Source: Lama guanicoe
Taxonomy: Eukaryota
Assembly (NCBI GenBank): GCA_013239625.1
Contig: MU056756.1
Coordinates: 806,001 to 870,000 of the forward strand
Length of the DNA: 64,000 nt
Direction: 5' to 3'
The notes under the pieces: generated by a model
Databases searched by the model: none
What the model saw: the letters and a program-made list of their open reading frames with translations, nothing else
What the model was told of the DNA's origin: nothing
Shown here: piece by piece, positions 10,501 through 22,500 of the stretch
How the letters are laid out: each line of letters opens with the position of its first letter
Numbering within the stretch: the stretch's first letter is position 1
Translations under genes and position numbers: made by a program

Positions 10501-13500
10501 CGCTCTGTCCCTAACAGCTGAGCTGGGCCCCGGGCCTCTGAGCTGTGATCTGGGAGGTGACGCTGGCAGAGGCAGGGCCATGACGCGCTGGGGCGATGAG
10601 GGGACACCTGCCCGGGCCCTGTCTGCCTGTATGCTCAGAGCAGTGCTTCCCTCATTCAGGTATAAAGACGGCAGCCTGATCTGCCAGGCGGGGGAGCCGG
10701 GGAAGTACAGTATCGAGAGCAAGTATGGGGTCCACACGCTGGAGATCAACAGGTGAGAGCTGGGACTCGGCCGTGCACCCCCAGCACCTGCCCACATGCT
10801 CCTCCCTCCACACACAACAGGGGGCCCCACGTCTGTGTCCTGCGCGACGTCGTGGCGTTTCCCAGCTAATGAGACGGGCGGTGGACACAACGCTAGTGAC
10901 CTGGGTGTCAGGCCCGAGGGATGTGGACTCTGCTCTGCCCAGGCTGCTCCAGGAACAAAGAGGGGACGAAAGGACAAAGGGTGGGAGGAAGGACAAGGGT
11001 GTCCAGGTGTGAGGGCGCAGGGAGAGGCAGAGACGGCCCTGGTCAGCAGCCTGCCGCGTCCCCGCCAGGTTTGGGCAGCAATCACTGAGCCGACTCTTCC
11101 AGGAAATCTAATGTCTGGTTTTTTCTCATGACAAATTGGAAACATGTAGTACATACAGGCGAGTGAAACAACCTCGGGTTCCTCCCCGTGTCCGACGGCG
11201 AGTGTCAGTGAGCCACAGTGGGTCAGAGGGGGTGAGCGCTGCTACCGGGCGGGGGCCGGGGCGGGTGTGGTGCTTCGGGGCCGGGCAGGCCCTTGTGGGG
11301 AAGCTGTCTCGGGGCAGGGCTCATGGGGAGCGTGGGGGGACAGGGAGGTGCGGGGAGGAGGTTCGGGCCCCAGGACCGCAGCGGGGGGCCTGGGGGACAG
11401 GAGGGCACAGGTGTCTCCAGGACCGCGAGGAGCCCCTGCCTGCAGCCGTCGCCAGGACGTCGGCCGCTCCTCGGGGGCCACGGGGAGACCGCAGAGGCGG
11501 GAAGGGGGAGACCTGACTGAGCTTCAGGAGGGTCACTCTGACTGCGGGTGGGTGGAAGGGCCGAGTGTCGGACAGCCTGGCTGAATTCGAGAGAGACGGG
11601 GGGCTTGGACCGGGGGTGTGGGGAGCGGGGGCTGGGCATGGGCCGGCTTTGCGTGGAGCCGGAGGCTTTGCTGAGGGACTGGATGTGGGTGTCAGCTTCG
11701 GGCTCCTGCTTCCGCCGGGACGAGGACGGCAGAGGGTTGGGGGGGGCAGCTGGGCAGCCCACTCTCGCTTGATTTCCAGACTTCCCAGAAGCTTCCACAG
11801 GCAGGTAGCCATGCCAGCTAGGGAGAGTCTGCCTTCACTTGGAGGAGTGTCTTTATCTGGGGACCGGGTGGCCCTTTTCTAAGCAACTTGGGCCGCCCTG
11901 TGGCTACTTAGGGTAAGTTTGAGGTAGCAACTGGTTTGTTTTCAAGCTGCGTTTTAGTTACTGTTTTAGAAAGCGAAACGAATTCCTTTTCTCAAGCGTG
12001 AAAGGCCCCGTTCACACTAGTGTTGGCAGCTTCTCCGTCTCTGTTGGGAATGGCAGGGGCTTTGAACCAGCGAGGCCCCAGGAGACAGAGACGGCAGGAG
12101 GGGTCTCCTTCCTCCTCCGATGTGCTCGGCGTTTGCGCAGTCTCGCAAGTATCCGAGGAACCTGGGAGAGGAACTTTCCCAGGCCAGCTTTTCTCCCAGT
12201 AGGCTGACCCGCGTCGGGACGCTCTGAGCAGATGAAATGTGGGCATTTTTCAGAAAAAGAGCCCGGGGGAGCCCACAAATTACAGCCGACCTCAGCTGTT
12301 CATTCCAGACTGCTGAGTTTCCATCATCCGATCCGGGCCGGCTGAGTGCTGGGGAATGCGCTGGCTCCCTCCTCCGCCGGCTCAGCCGCCACTCTTCCTT
12401 CGGTTACAAGAGTGACATTTATTCCTATGAATATTCCTTGGCGGCTGTCACCGAATTCCTGAAGCGCCGAACAGGAAACTTAGTTCCCTTCCGTGCTGGT
12501 CGAATTGAGGCTGCACTTGACACTATTTTATACGCTCATAAGATTTTCTCCTGGGACTCACGGCCTGACTTCGATTTCCGCAAAGAATTGTAATGCTGCT
12601 TTGTGCCTGTGTGAAGGTGTCTGGAGCGCTCCGTCTTGTGCTTTGTCCCATTACCACCAGCCCCTCTCCTCGCCAGAGGGCTCCAGGCCGAACCTCTTCT
12701 TGCACGTTATTTTTAGACTTTGATATTCAAATTCTACTTTGAGTTAAATTTTAAATCCCGTGTCAGCACTGCCGAGAGTCTGAGGACAGGGGGGCCTGAC
12801 TACCCAGGAGAAATTCCTCGGCCACTTAGACCTCTGTCTGTCCCTCTTTAAAATAGATGAAGTGTTACTAATTTCTCCCGTGGAGCTGTTTTTGGGCACT
12901 TCAGATAGTTGCTTTGGGATGCCAAAGGGCCCCATGGAAGCTGGTAAGAACTGAGACCAGAGGAGACCGTCTCTGTCTGTTCTGGGATCCTGTCCAAACA
13001 GAAAATAAATCCCTTTGCCCCTTAAGCACTTGCTTGCAGTTTCCGAGAGCACGCGGTAAAGGCTCGAATTAGACTCTGCGGGCTGCCGACACACGTTCCT
13101 GAGTGTGGCCTTGGGAAGGAGAGAAAGATTGGAGCCCTCCGGGCGGTGGTCAGGCATGAGGGTCTCCAAGTGACCGGTGGACGGAATTTTCAGTTGGGCT
13201 CCATCTCCTCGGCATCGGCCAAGTCCTGCTGCCCAGCCTCCTGCTGTGTCTGCTGCCCGGTGCCCCCCGGCCAGGCTTCCTGGAGCCCACCCTGCACCAG
13301 CAGGCGACAGGGACGCAGGAGCCCCCCCATACACACTGTGCGCTTACTCATATTTGTACACATTCCACTATATTTTGTACGAAGTAGAGCATTTGCAGGA
13401 GAGACGGGCAAGAAGACTGGGATTAAAGTAACCACCGCCGGGGGGTCTAACGTCCCCGCACAGCCCGCACTGGGCGCGCCATGCCCTGGGGGCCGCTGCG

Positions 13501-16500
13501 GGAGGCCAGTGGGTCTGCGTGTTCTGGGGGGGGCTCTGTGGGCCCTCTCCTCCGAGTGTGTGCACGTGGGCATGTACACGTCCATTTGTGTTTGACGGAA
13601 GAAGGCTCAGGGTGCAGTCTATGAGGCTGCTTCTCCCAAGCCCGGTCCCTTCCGCTGAGCGCCAGGTGCTGACGGGTCACTGGGCCAGCCCGTCGGCGCT
13701 AATGTGTTAGGTAGCTCCCGGCCGGGTCCCAGTTCGAGGCTTGAGTAACTTTGCTTTCCCTGTATTTGTATTTGTCCGTTGTGTCCGTGATGCTTACTCT
13801 TGGAGAAGCAGCAGAAAGCTGCAGATTTGGGGGTTTTGTGGACCGTGTTTACCCACTTCTTAAAGGGTCGACTGTCCCACCGCGTTAGCGGGGTCCTGGC
13901 ACTGTCTCGCCAGGCTCTTGAGCCTTTCACACAAAGTAGCCGACGTGAGACACGGGCAGAGCGCCAGCGCTTAGTAGGGGCCCCACAGACTTCAGCCCCT
14001 CCCCACCCCTCTTGTCTGTGAAGTTCTGGGGGAAGTTGGTGGGAAGACAGTTCACAGCTTTGACTTCCGTGAGACAGACGGGGGAGGTGGAGGAGCCCAC
14101 CCCTGGGGGATAGGGGTTTGCAGTTCCTGCGTCATCGTCCTTTCTGGGGAGAACACGCGTCCCCGGACGCTGGGAGCCTCAGGCGGGGTCGGTCCAGGGG
14201 CTTTCATGCTGCCCTCAAGTGGGGACTCTCTACAGGGGGCCACCCTGCTTTGGGGTCTGCACGTGGGAACCCAGGGGAGGGAGGTGGGGTTAACCCTCCA
14301 GGAGGCTGTGACCCCTGGAGCTGCCCCTTGACGAGATAAAACTAGGAACTCTGCAGACGTGGAAAAACAGAACCAGAGGGGAGACAGGCTTCCCCTTGAG
14401 AGTGAAACGGCGCTTTGCAGGGGAGCCAGTGCGTTTATTCCCCGCAAAGCCGAAGACAAGCCGCGGCCTGGGCCCTGACCTCTCCCGCGTCTACACTTAA
14501 CACCTCGTTCGAGGACAGAGCTGGCACTGTTCCAGACCCGATCACTCGTGACCGAGGGCTCCAGGCCACACGAGCCACTTTCGGGGGGGGCTGTGTGCAA
14601 GTTGGGGCCACCGGCTCCTAGAGAACAGGACGCAGCTTGTTTGGGCGATGTCTCGCCCTTTCCCTCCCAGGGCGGACTTTGACGACAGCGCGACCTACTC
14701 GGCGGTGGCCACGAACGTGCACGGGCAGGTGTCCACCAACGCGGCGGTGGTGGTGAGAAGTGAGTTGGCCTCGGGTGGGGCGCGCGGGCTGCGGGGGTGC
14801 CCTCCCGCCCCGTCTCTCCGCCGTGAGCACCAGCGCTGGCTGTCTTGCAGGGTTCCGAGGCGACGAGGAGCCCTTCCGTTCGGTGGGACTCCCGATCGGG
14901 TGTAAGTTGATTGTTCTCATTTTTTGTGTGGAAAAATGTGTACAAACATAGCATGTAATTAAAAAATACGTATTTTTCAGCATAAAATATTATTTTAAAA
15001 CCATATTTCAAAAGACCCTTTCTCCTGGCCGGGGTCCGTGTGCTGACGGCCGTGGCCATGGATTCTGGGGCTGATGCAGAATCTAAGTAAACCCTCGCTC
15101 ACCACACGGGGCCCAGGCTGCCTCCCCGCACGCCCGGCCCCTCCATCCTCCTTTGGCTGAGATGGCCAGATACGACCCCACGGCTGGTCTTCCGACGCTT
15201 CAGAAGTGTCTTGGTCAGCTCAGGCGCTGTAACGAACACCACACCCAGAGGCTTACGCATCAGACAGTTACTTCCGTCAGCTCCGGGGGCTGCGGGCCCA
15301 AGGTCAAGGAGCCCCCCGGGTGGAGGAGGCCTGGTCCCATCTGCAGAAGCCACCTTCTCTCTGAGCCCTCACTGGAGGAGGGAGGGCTGGGTCTCTTCCG
15401 CTTTTCACCAGGGCACTGATCCCACCAGGGGCCCCACCCGGGTGAGCCCATTCAACCCTAACCGTCCCCACGGGCCGCCTCCTAGCCACTGGGCTGGGGA
15501 GCCAGGGCTTCGACATGAGAACCCGGGGCATGATGTTCACCCCAGGACGCGGCTCCTTGGAGGAGGTGGGTGCAGGGGGAGGAGACCCATGTCCGCCGGC
15601 CCCTCCTGTGCTGACCGCGTCCCTCTGCTCCGCAGTGCCCCTGTCGCCTGTGATTCCATACATGCACTTCGACGTGCAGTTTGTGGAGAAATTTGGGGTC
15701 ACCTTCCGGAGAGAGGGCGAGACCCTGACCCTCAAGTGCTTGCTGCTGGTGACGCCGGAACTGAAGAGGGTGCAGCCACGGGCCGAGTGGTACCGGGATG
15801 GTGAGTGTCGCCTCGTGCTCGGGCTCGGGCTCCGATCTGGGCCTTGCTGGGGTAACGGTGGGTCGTAAACCTTAGTGCTGACCCGTGTCTGTCTCCACCT
15901 CTGTGATGGCCGTGGGCCGGGGGAGAGCCTGGAGCACCCGTGGCCTTGAGCTTCCCCAGGGAACGGGGCGAACGGGGGCGCCTGGATTTAGATGAGTCAC
16001 CAGGGCTTTATAGCCCCATCAGGAGGGTCTCCAAGGGATGAGAAAGGGTGGGCGAGGCGTCTGTGTCTGTTTTCCCTTGGCAAAAACAACAGCTACACCG
16101 TGAGGGCATGTCTGTGCCCGACTCTGCTCTGAGTGCTGTAACTCACTTGATCTTCATCAGGACCACGATGTAAGTGCCCTTAAGTCCCGCAAGGTAGGCA
16201 GCTGAGACGAGGAGCTCGCCCCACCTCCCCCACCCCCAGAGGGGCCGAGCTGGGACTCGAACCCGGGCCGCCTGGCTGCAGGCCCCACCTGGCCCGGCAC
16301 CGCTGCCCAGCCAGCTCGGCTGCTCCGTGCAGCCGGCTGTGTGCAGGGTGTGGGAGGGGCTTCATCTCTGGGCTAAAGGGAGCGTCTCTCCCGAGGACGC
16401 AGTCACAGGATGTTCCACCCGTATTTCTTCAGAACCTGACACAATGTGGAATATTACAGAGAATCGCAGGCCACTCCTGCCCATGAGATATTTATATTCT

Positions 16501-19500
16501 AGTCGGGAAAACACACAGAATGGTAAAGCTGTGTCTCCATACAGTGTGAGAAATGTCCCAGGATGGGGTGAAATGCTTTGCCAAATGTGCGGTCCTGGCC
16601 CAGTGTGCTGCCGGACTTAGCCAGGAAAGCAGGTCTGCAGCGATGACGGAGGGCTTTGTGGAAAGAAAAAATAGGTTGCTGAAAGATGAGCAGGCCTCAG
16701 GGTGAGGGGGTGGGGTGCCCGGGCCCAGGTGCAGGGCAGAGGAGCGCGGGGATGTGTCCCGGGTCGGGGAGGGCCCGTGACCTTGCAGGGGCCGGGGGAG
16801 CGCACAGCTGGCTTTGCAGACCCTTGACGCCAGTTGGGTCGATCATTCAGGCCGTGTCTGATTTTTATGCCCCACGAGGGAGAGAAGGGGCTGGGGTGGG
16901 GGTGGCCGAGGAGGTCCAGTTCACCCACTGTTGCTCTGGTGTAAGGTTTAAGGTCTAATTCAAGTTCTAGGAGTCTAACTCACCCTTTCTGGAGGGAGAT
17001 GAAGTGGATTTGAGGACAGTTCTCCTAATGCTTTGAGAAGCTTTTCCCGTGACTAGGAAGTGCCCGGAGTTCTGGGGACACGCGGTTTCACAGGCTTGAC
17101 TGATTTGAAAGGACCTGGCAAGTTCAAAGCCGTGTCTGACGGGCCGTCCTCCGCGGGGCTGGAGCGGCTGTGGCCGGGGCTGAGCTGGGAGCTGCTGCTC
17201 CAGTGGGAACGTGTGGAGGCCACTCTCCCCAGCTTATTTTCAGACCTAAAGAGGCAACGATGTGTTTTCTACTCTTTAGCATTAAGGAACCTTGAGCCAC
17301 CAATGGCCTGTCGGCCCCGAGGCGACGGGAGCCCACAAAGTGACGCCCTCTGCCGGGCTCGGGAAGTGCAGCGTGACAAGGACATTTGGAACTGGGACAC
17401 AATTTAAGGGGGATCAGAACTCTAAAGTGACCGCAGGCCAGAAAACCCCTGTTCTGTAGAATAAAACACGAGACCATGCTGGGTGTGATTTGCCCGTGAG
17501 GCCGACTAAGTGGAGCAGAATTTGTACCCCGTGCCCCCCGCATCCCCGTGCCCCGTGGCCCAGGGCACTCCTGAGCTTGCCAGTGAGGTGCGATATGTGC
17601 CAGGTTTTAAAAATTAAAAATATAAAAATAAATCCTTTCTTGTAACACATGCAGTGTAGGTTTATGGGGAAGATTACTTCTGTTTGTCTGTCACGTGCTG
17701 TCTCTCTGGATCCGTACGCAGGTGTTACAACAGGGAACACGGTTTGAATCTGAAGTCTCCTTCTTCGGCTGAGCAGAGCACGGCAACAGCCTCTGTCCTT
17801 TGGCACCCGTAGCTCGGGAGCTCCCTGTGCCCCGCTACGTGAGCTGGCCGTCCCTGCCCTGCGTTTCAGTGTTTGAGCTGGTTTATATTTTCTCTGTTGC
17901 AAACATTTCTGGAATAAAGTCCTCACCACCTGCCTTCTGACGCCTTGGGGCAGCTCTTAGGGTCTGTGCCGTGGTGTCCAGGCTGCGAGCCTATTTTAAG
18001 GCCGGGGCAGGCCTTCTCACTTTGCATCTGCACAGCTGCGCTCCCACCAGAATGTGAGCGTGGCTCCCTGCCCTTTCCAGCTGTAGACGCTGCCAGATCG
18101 GTGGGTGAAGGGAGATTTCTCCTCACTGTTCTTTGCGTTTCTGCAATGTCCGGCGTGGGATGTTTTTTCATCATTTAATTTCTTCTCTCAAAACTGGCCT
18201 CTGTGGCGCCACGGCCTCCTGAGGAGGGTTTGTCGGCACTTGACGGTTTATTTCTAAGGAACCTGGTGGAGCCCGTCCTGGGGTCAGCGTCGAGGTTCGG
18301 TGCCGCTCGAGGGCAGAGCCGTGCCCGTTTCTGACAAGCTGTAGCCTTCGCGCTTGGAACGCTGTCCCCGGCCCCCCAGCGAGGGGCACGCCGGGGTTGG
18401 GCACGGGCGTCTCGTGGGCCTCGCACGTCTGTCCTGCAGGTGTGCTCTGGGGTCCTCGGCGCCCCTGAAAGCATCTCGCTTTGAACTCCTTCCAGATGTG
18501 CTGCTGAAGGAGTCCCAGTGGACGAAGATGTTCTTCGGGGAGGGCCAGGCCTCGCTGTCCTTCAGCCACCTGAACAAGGACGACGAGGGCCTCTACACCC
18601 TGAGGATCGTGTCCAGGGGAGGGGTCAGAGACCACAGCGCCTTCCTGTTTGTCCGAGGTGTGCGGGCTGGCGGGTGGGACTGAGTGCTGGTTCCCTGGGT
18701 GCCCCCGACAGCGTCCGGGGCGGACGTGGACCAGGGCTGTCCTTCCGAGTCAGTCCCTGGTCGCTTGCTGGAATTTACAGAATGTCTGTGAAGAGTGAAC
18801 ACAGCCCCACCGCTAACTCTGCAGGGAGCCCGAGAGGGGGCGGGTCTGGAGCGAGAGGGCAGGTTGTGGGGCCGCCCGTGTCGCCCACCTCATCCGCTCC
18901 CTCAGACTCCCTCAGACCCCCTCAGCATGAGGGGCAGAAGACCACGGCCAGCCTCCCGCCCTCCTGAGTCCCCCCACTTCAAGCACACGCGTGTTTAAGT
19001 TGATGATGTTGGCGGCCACACGCCTGAGGGTTTACGTCTGGCGACTTCATCCTCACGACAGCCCGCAGGACAGCTTTCTCCATCCCACTTGTGGGAAGGA
19101 AAACAAAATCCACCACACGCCAGGCACCGCGGTAGATGTCACGTGCGTGCTGTATAGGCACGCCGGTCTTTAGACGTGTGACATACTTCTGTGTTACATG
19201 TAAGTGCCCATCACACACCGGCTTACAGGTGAACACGTTCGTGTGTGTGCCTGGACGTGTCTTCCATACGTTTTGTATATAAAGTGGATGAAGGGACATA
19301 TAAAAAGGGTAAGATTATATATATTTTGTGTACAATGTACATACACGCATGTGTGTATCCTTACATACAGGTGTACATATACGTGTGTACACACATCTAC
19401 TCACATACACGTATGCAGTCTAAAATACTCTTTCCTTTTCAAATGAAGGTGTGGGGACCTCCCTAGGGTGCAGGTGCTGGGGGCCAGAGCTGGGTCCCCC

Positions 19501-22500
19501 GTGAAGCTGCAGCCCTGTGTGTGTGGGGACACCGCCTGCCCGAGCCCTTCCCCGCGCCTGCCCTCGGGCACAGAGGCCCCTCTTGGCCAAGGCATGGCTG
19601 AACCGCCCTGAGGACATCAGCACAGCCCACCCTGGGTGGCTGGGCCGCTGCACTGACCCCGGGCCCCAGCTCCCTCCCCCCGGCCCCTCCCTCGGGATTT
19701 GCTGCCCTCTGTTCTCGTGCACCTGGCCTCGCCTGTCGTGGGCTCGTGTCTCCTGCAGCCTTACGTCCGCCTCCGACACCAGGTTGCCTGTGCCTGGAAT
19801 AACCCGATTATGTATTATTTTTCCCAAACCAGATCAGTTAGATCTGCGTACGAAGGAAGGGCTATGTCATCCGGGAATATTTTAACTTAAAAAAAAAGGA
19901 AAATGCAAATTAAGCCCCCCACCCCCACCAGACGGCATAAACTCGCAAGGCTGGGGTTTTACACACACGCACAAAGTTTTACCGTTTTTATTACGTTGGC
20001 CTTAAGGCGTCCCTTCCATTCTCTGAGCCTGCCTCTGGCGAGATGTTCCGCCCCATTAAAGCGCAGTAAATACAGCGCAGCTGAAGTCACCTTGCTCTGC
20101 AGCTCAGCCAGCACGGGGAAGGGACGCACGTGGGGGACTCTGGCTGTTCCCATTACTTTCCGAGGATTCTGAACAGGAGAGAAAATGGCTCCACGTCAGA
20201 AATCCTTTGCTTTTAACATGCTGAGGAGACGGGAGCAGGAGCTGCATCGTGCTTGCCCTGCTGAGACGGGGCAGCAGCCATGGCGGTCACTGAACAAATG
20301 CGCGTCTGCGGCAGGGAGGCCAGATGCGCAGGGTCTGCACTTTCTAAACTGCTCTGTCGGCCTTGAGGCCAAACCGTAACTGTGCGTGGTCAGCCGGCTG
20401 TGGGGCAGGACCCATGAGGACAGGCCCAGCGTGTGCTCACAGCTTGCAGGAGAGAAATTTAAACCCTCCCATCTGAGGACGCTGAAGCACCCTGGGCTGC
20501 AGGGGCACTTCTCAGGGTCTGAGAGGCCTCATTGCTGTTCTCATCCTTTCCTCAGTCGGTATTGATGTGATGTGACGTGGCCCTGTGCCGTCAGGAGAGG
20601 GTGGATCTGATTTTGGGTTCAGTTATGAAGAACCCCAGACTCGAGGGCCCCGTGCCCCGTGCCCCCCGCCCCAGCCCCTGACCACGTGCCTCCCCCACCA
20701 GATGCGGACCCCCTGGTGACGGGGGCTCCAGGCGCGCCCATGGACTTGCAGTGCCACGACGCCAACCGCGACTACGTCATCGTGACGTGGAAGCCGCCCA
20801 ACACGACCACCGAGAGCCCGGTCCTCGGCTACTTCATCGACCGGTGAGTGCTGGTCCCTCCGGGGATGAAGCGCTCCTGAAGTGGGTGTCGCCGAGGACA
20901 GCGGCTTGGGCGTTTTCCTTGTTATGTTCTGGAGCTTAAGCATTCATTTATTTATGGGTATTTTCCTACTCTCAGGGTCTCGACACCTTTCTCGATGGGA
21001 TGTAGGAATTCACTGCTTGGTTACTTAGCGTTCCTGACTGCGTAACTGGAAAATACCACCAAACAGGCAGGCCCCTCTGTGTGGTGGTGGTGGCGGCGGG
21101 GGGGCTCCGTTGGCCTGCTCAACACGAGGACCAGGCCCCACCCTGTGTCCCCAGGCTCTGAGCCCGGCCTCAGGTTCTGCTGAGGGTCCAGCCCGGGGCT
21201 GGGAACGGGGCTCCGGCTGGCGGGTCCACGCTCGGCCCTGTTCCCCGCTCCCGAGGGCAGGAGCCCGGGCGCCGGGAGCTGCAGCGGAGGGTGCTGGCCC
21301 ATTCGGACCCAAATGCCGTCTTCCTCTCTGTGAAGCAGCGTCCGCTTCTTGTTTCGAGGTGAAAGATAGTGATGCCTCAGGGCGGGAGCTGTTAGTGCTG
21401 CTGGAACGTAGGGCATCTGAGCCCCCGGGCGGTTCTGACCCTTCACGTTCCTTCACTTGTGCAGCGCTCAGGGGCTGGGCAGAGCACGGGCAGAGCCGTG
21501 GGTTCACTGCATTTGCGGTTATAAGCACCGAGTGAAGTCACAGTCAAAGAAGGTGGATCTAGAAGACAGAGGGCATTAGCTCTTCGCTTAGGTTCTGGAT
21601 GGTTCTGGATGGAACTTAAGATCTTGTATGTGTAAAAAAAATAAAATAAGGAGGTTATTTCAGAAAACAGAGCCAGCTCCGTTTGCTGGCGTTGTATTAA
21701 CTGAATTCCCTTCTCCACCAACAAAACTGTATTTAGGCAGGACATTCACCCTCAGGGAAATAGTCCGATAGTTCTGGAGTCAGAGTTGCATCATTCAGAG
21801 TTTACCTTGAATTAAAAAATGAAAAACAAAACTATTTTCTACTGTCCTAAGACATTTGATAATTTTCCCAACCACTTGGCACCTTCTCAGTTAATGCTCC
21901 GCTCCGGTCTCTCCCTCGTTAAAAAAGATAAAAGCAGCAGAAACTCTGGGTGGGGGGAGGCGGCCCCTTTTCTGGCCCTCTCCTGTCCTTGCAACTTGCC
22001 AGCGGCTGCTTTGAGCTGAGTTCCTCCCCTGCCAGCCTCTCAGTTTGGACCACGTCAGCCTCTGGCTGAGACAGGGCAGCGCATGCTGGTCAGAGAACTT
22101 CGTGAAAAACCCCGATTCGTCAGGAGGAAAGAGAGTTGACCCTTCTAAAAGCGCGGGCATGACCCTGGGGCTGGACAGCCCCGAAAGCCGGGTCTTCTCA
22201 ACTTGCTCCTTCCTCCTGGGAATCTGACAGGAAGCTTCAGTCCTGAAATTTCTCAGCCTGTGAGAAACGGAGGTTAATCTTGGCTGCGTCTCTAGATTTC
22301 TGGTCAGGACTTAATATTTTCAGAAGACGTCCAAATTCCACAAGGGAGCTGCTCTGGAAAGAAACACCTTGACGTTGTTGGGGTAGGCGGTGGGCCAGCC
22401 GTGCGGGGAGGACACACCTCATGGCTCGGGGGAGGAAGCGGCAGCCACCGTGCGGCACCGGGCGGAAGGCCGTTGGTTTCCTGAGTCTCTGCAGCGGACG

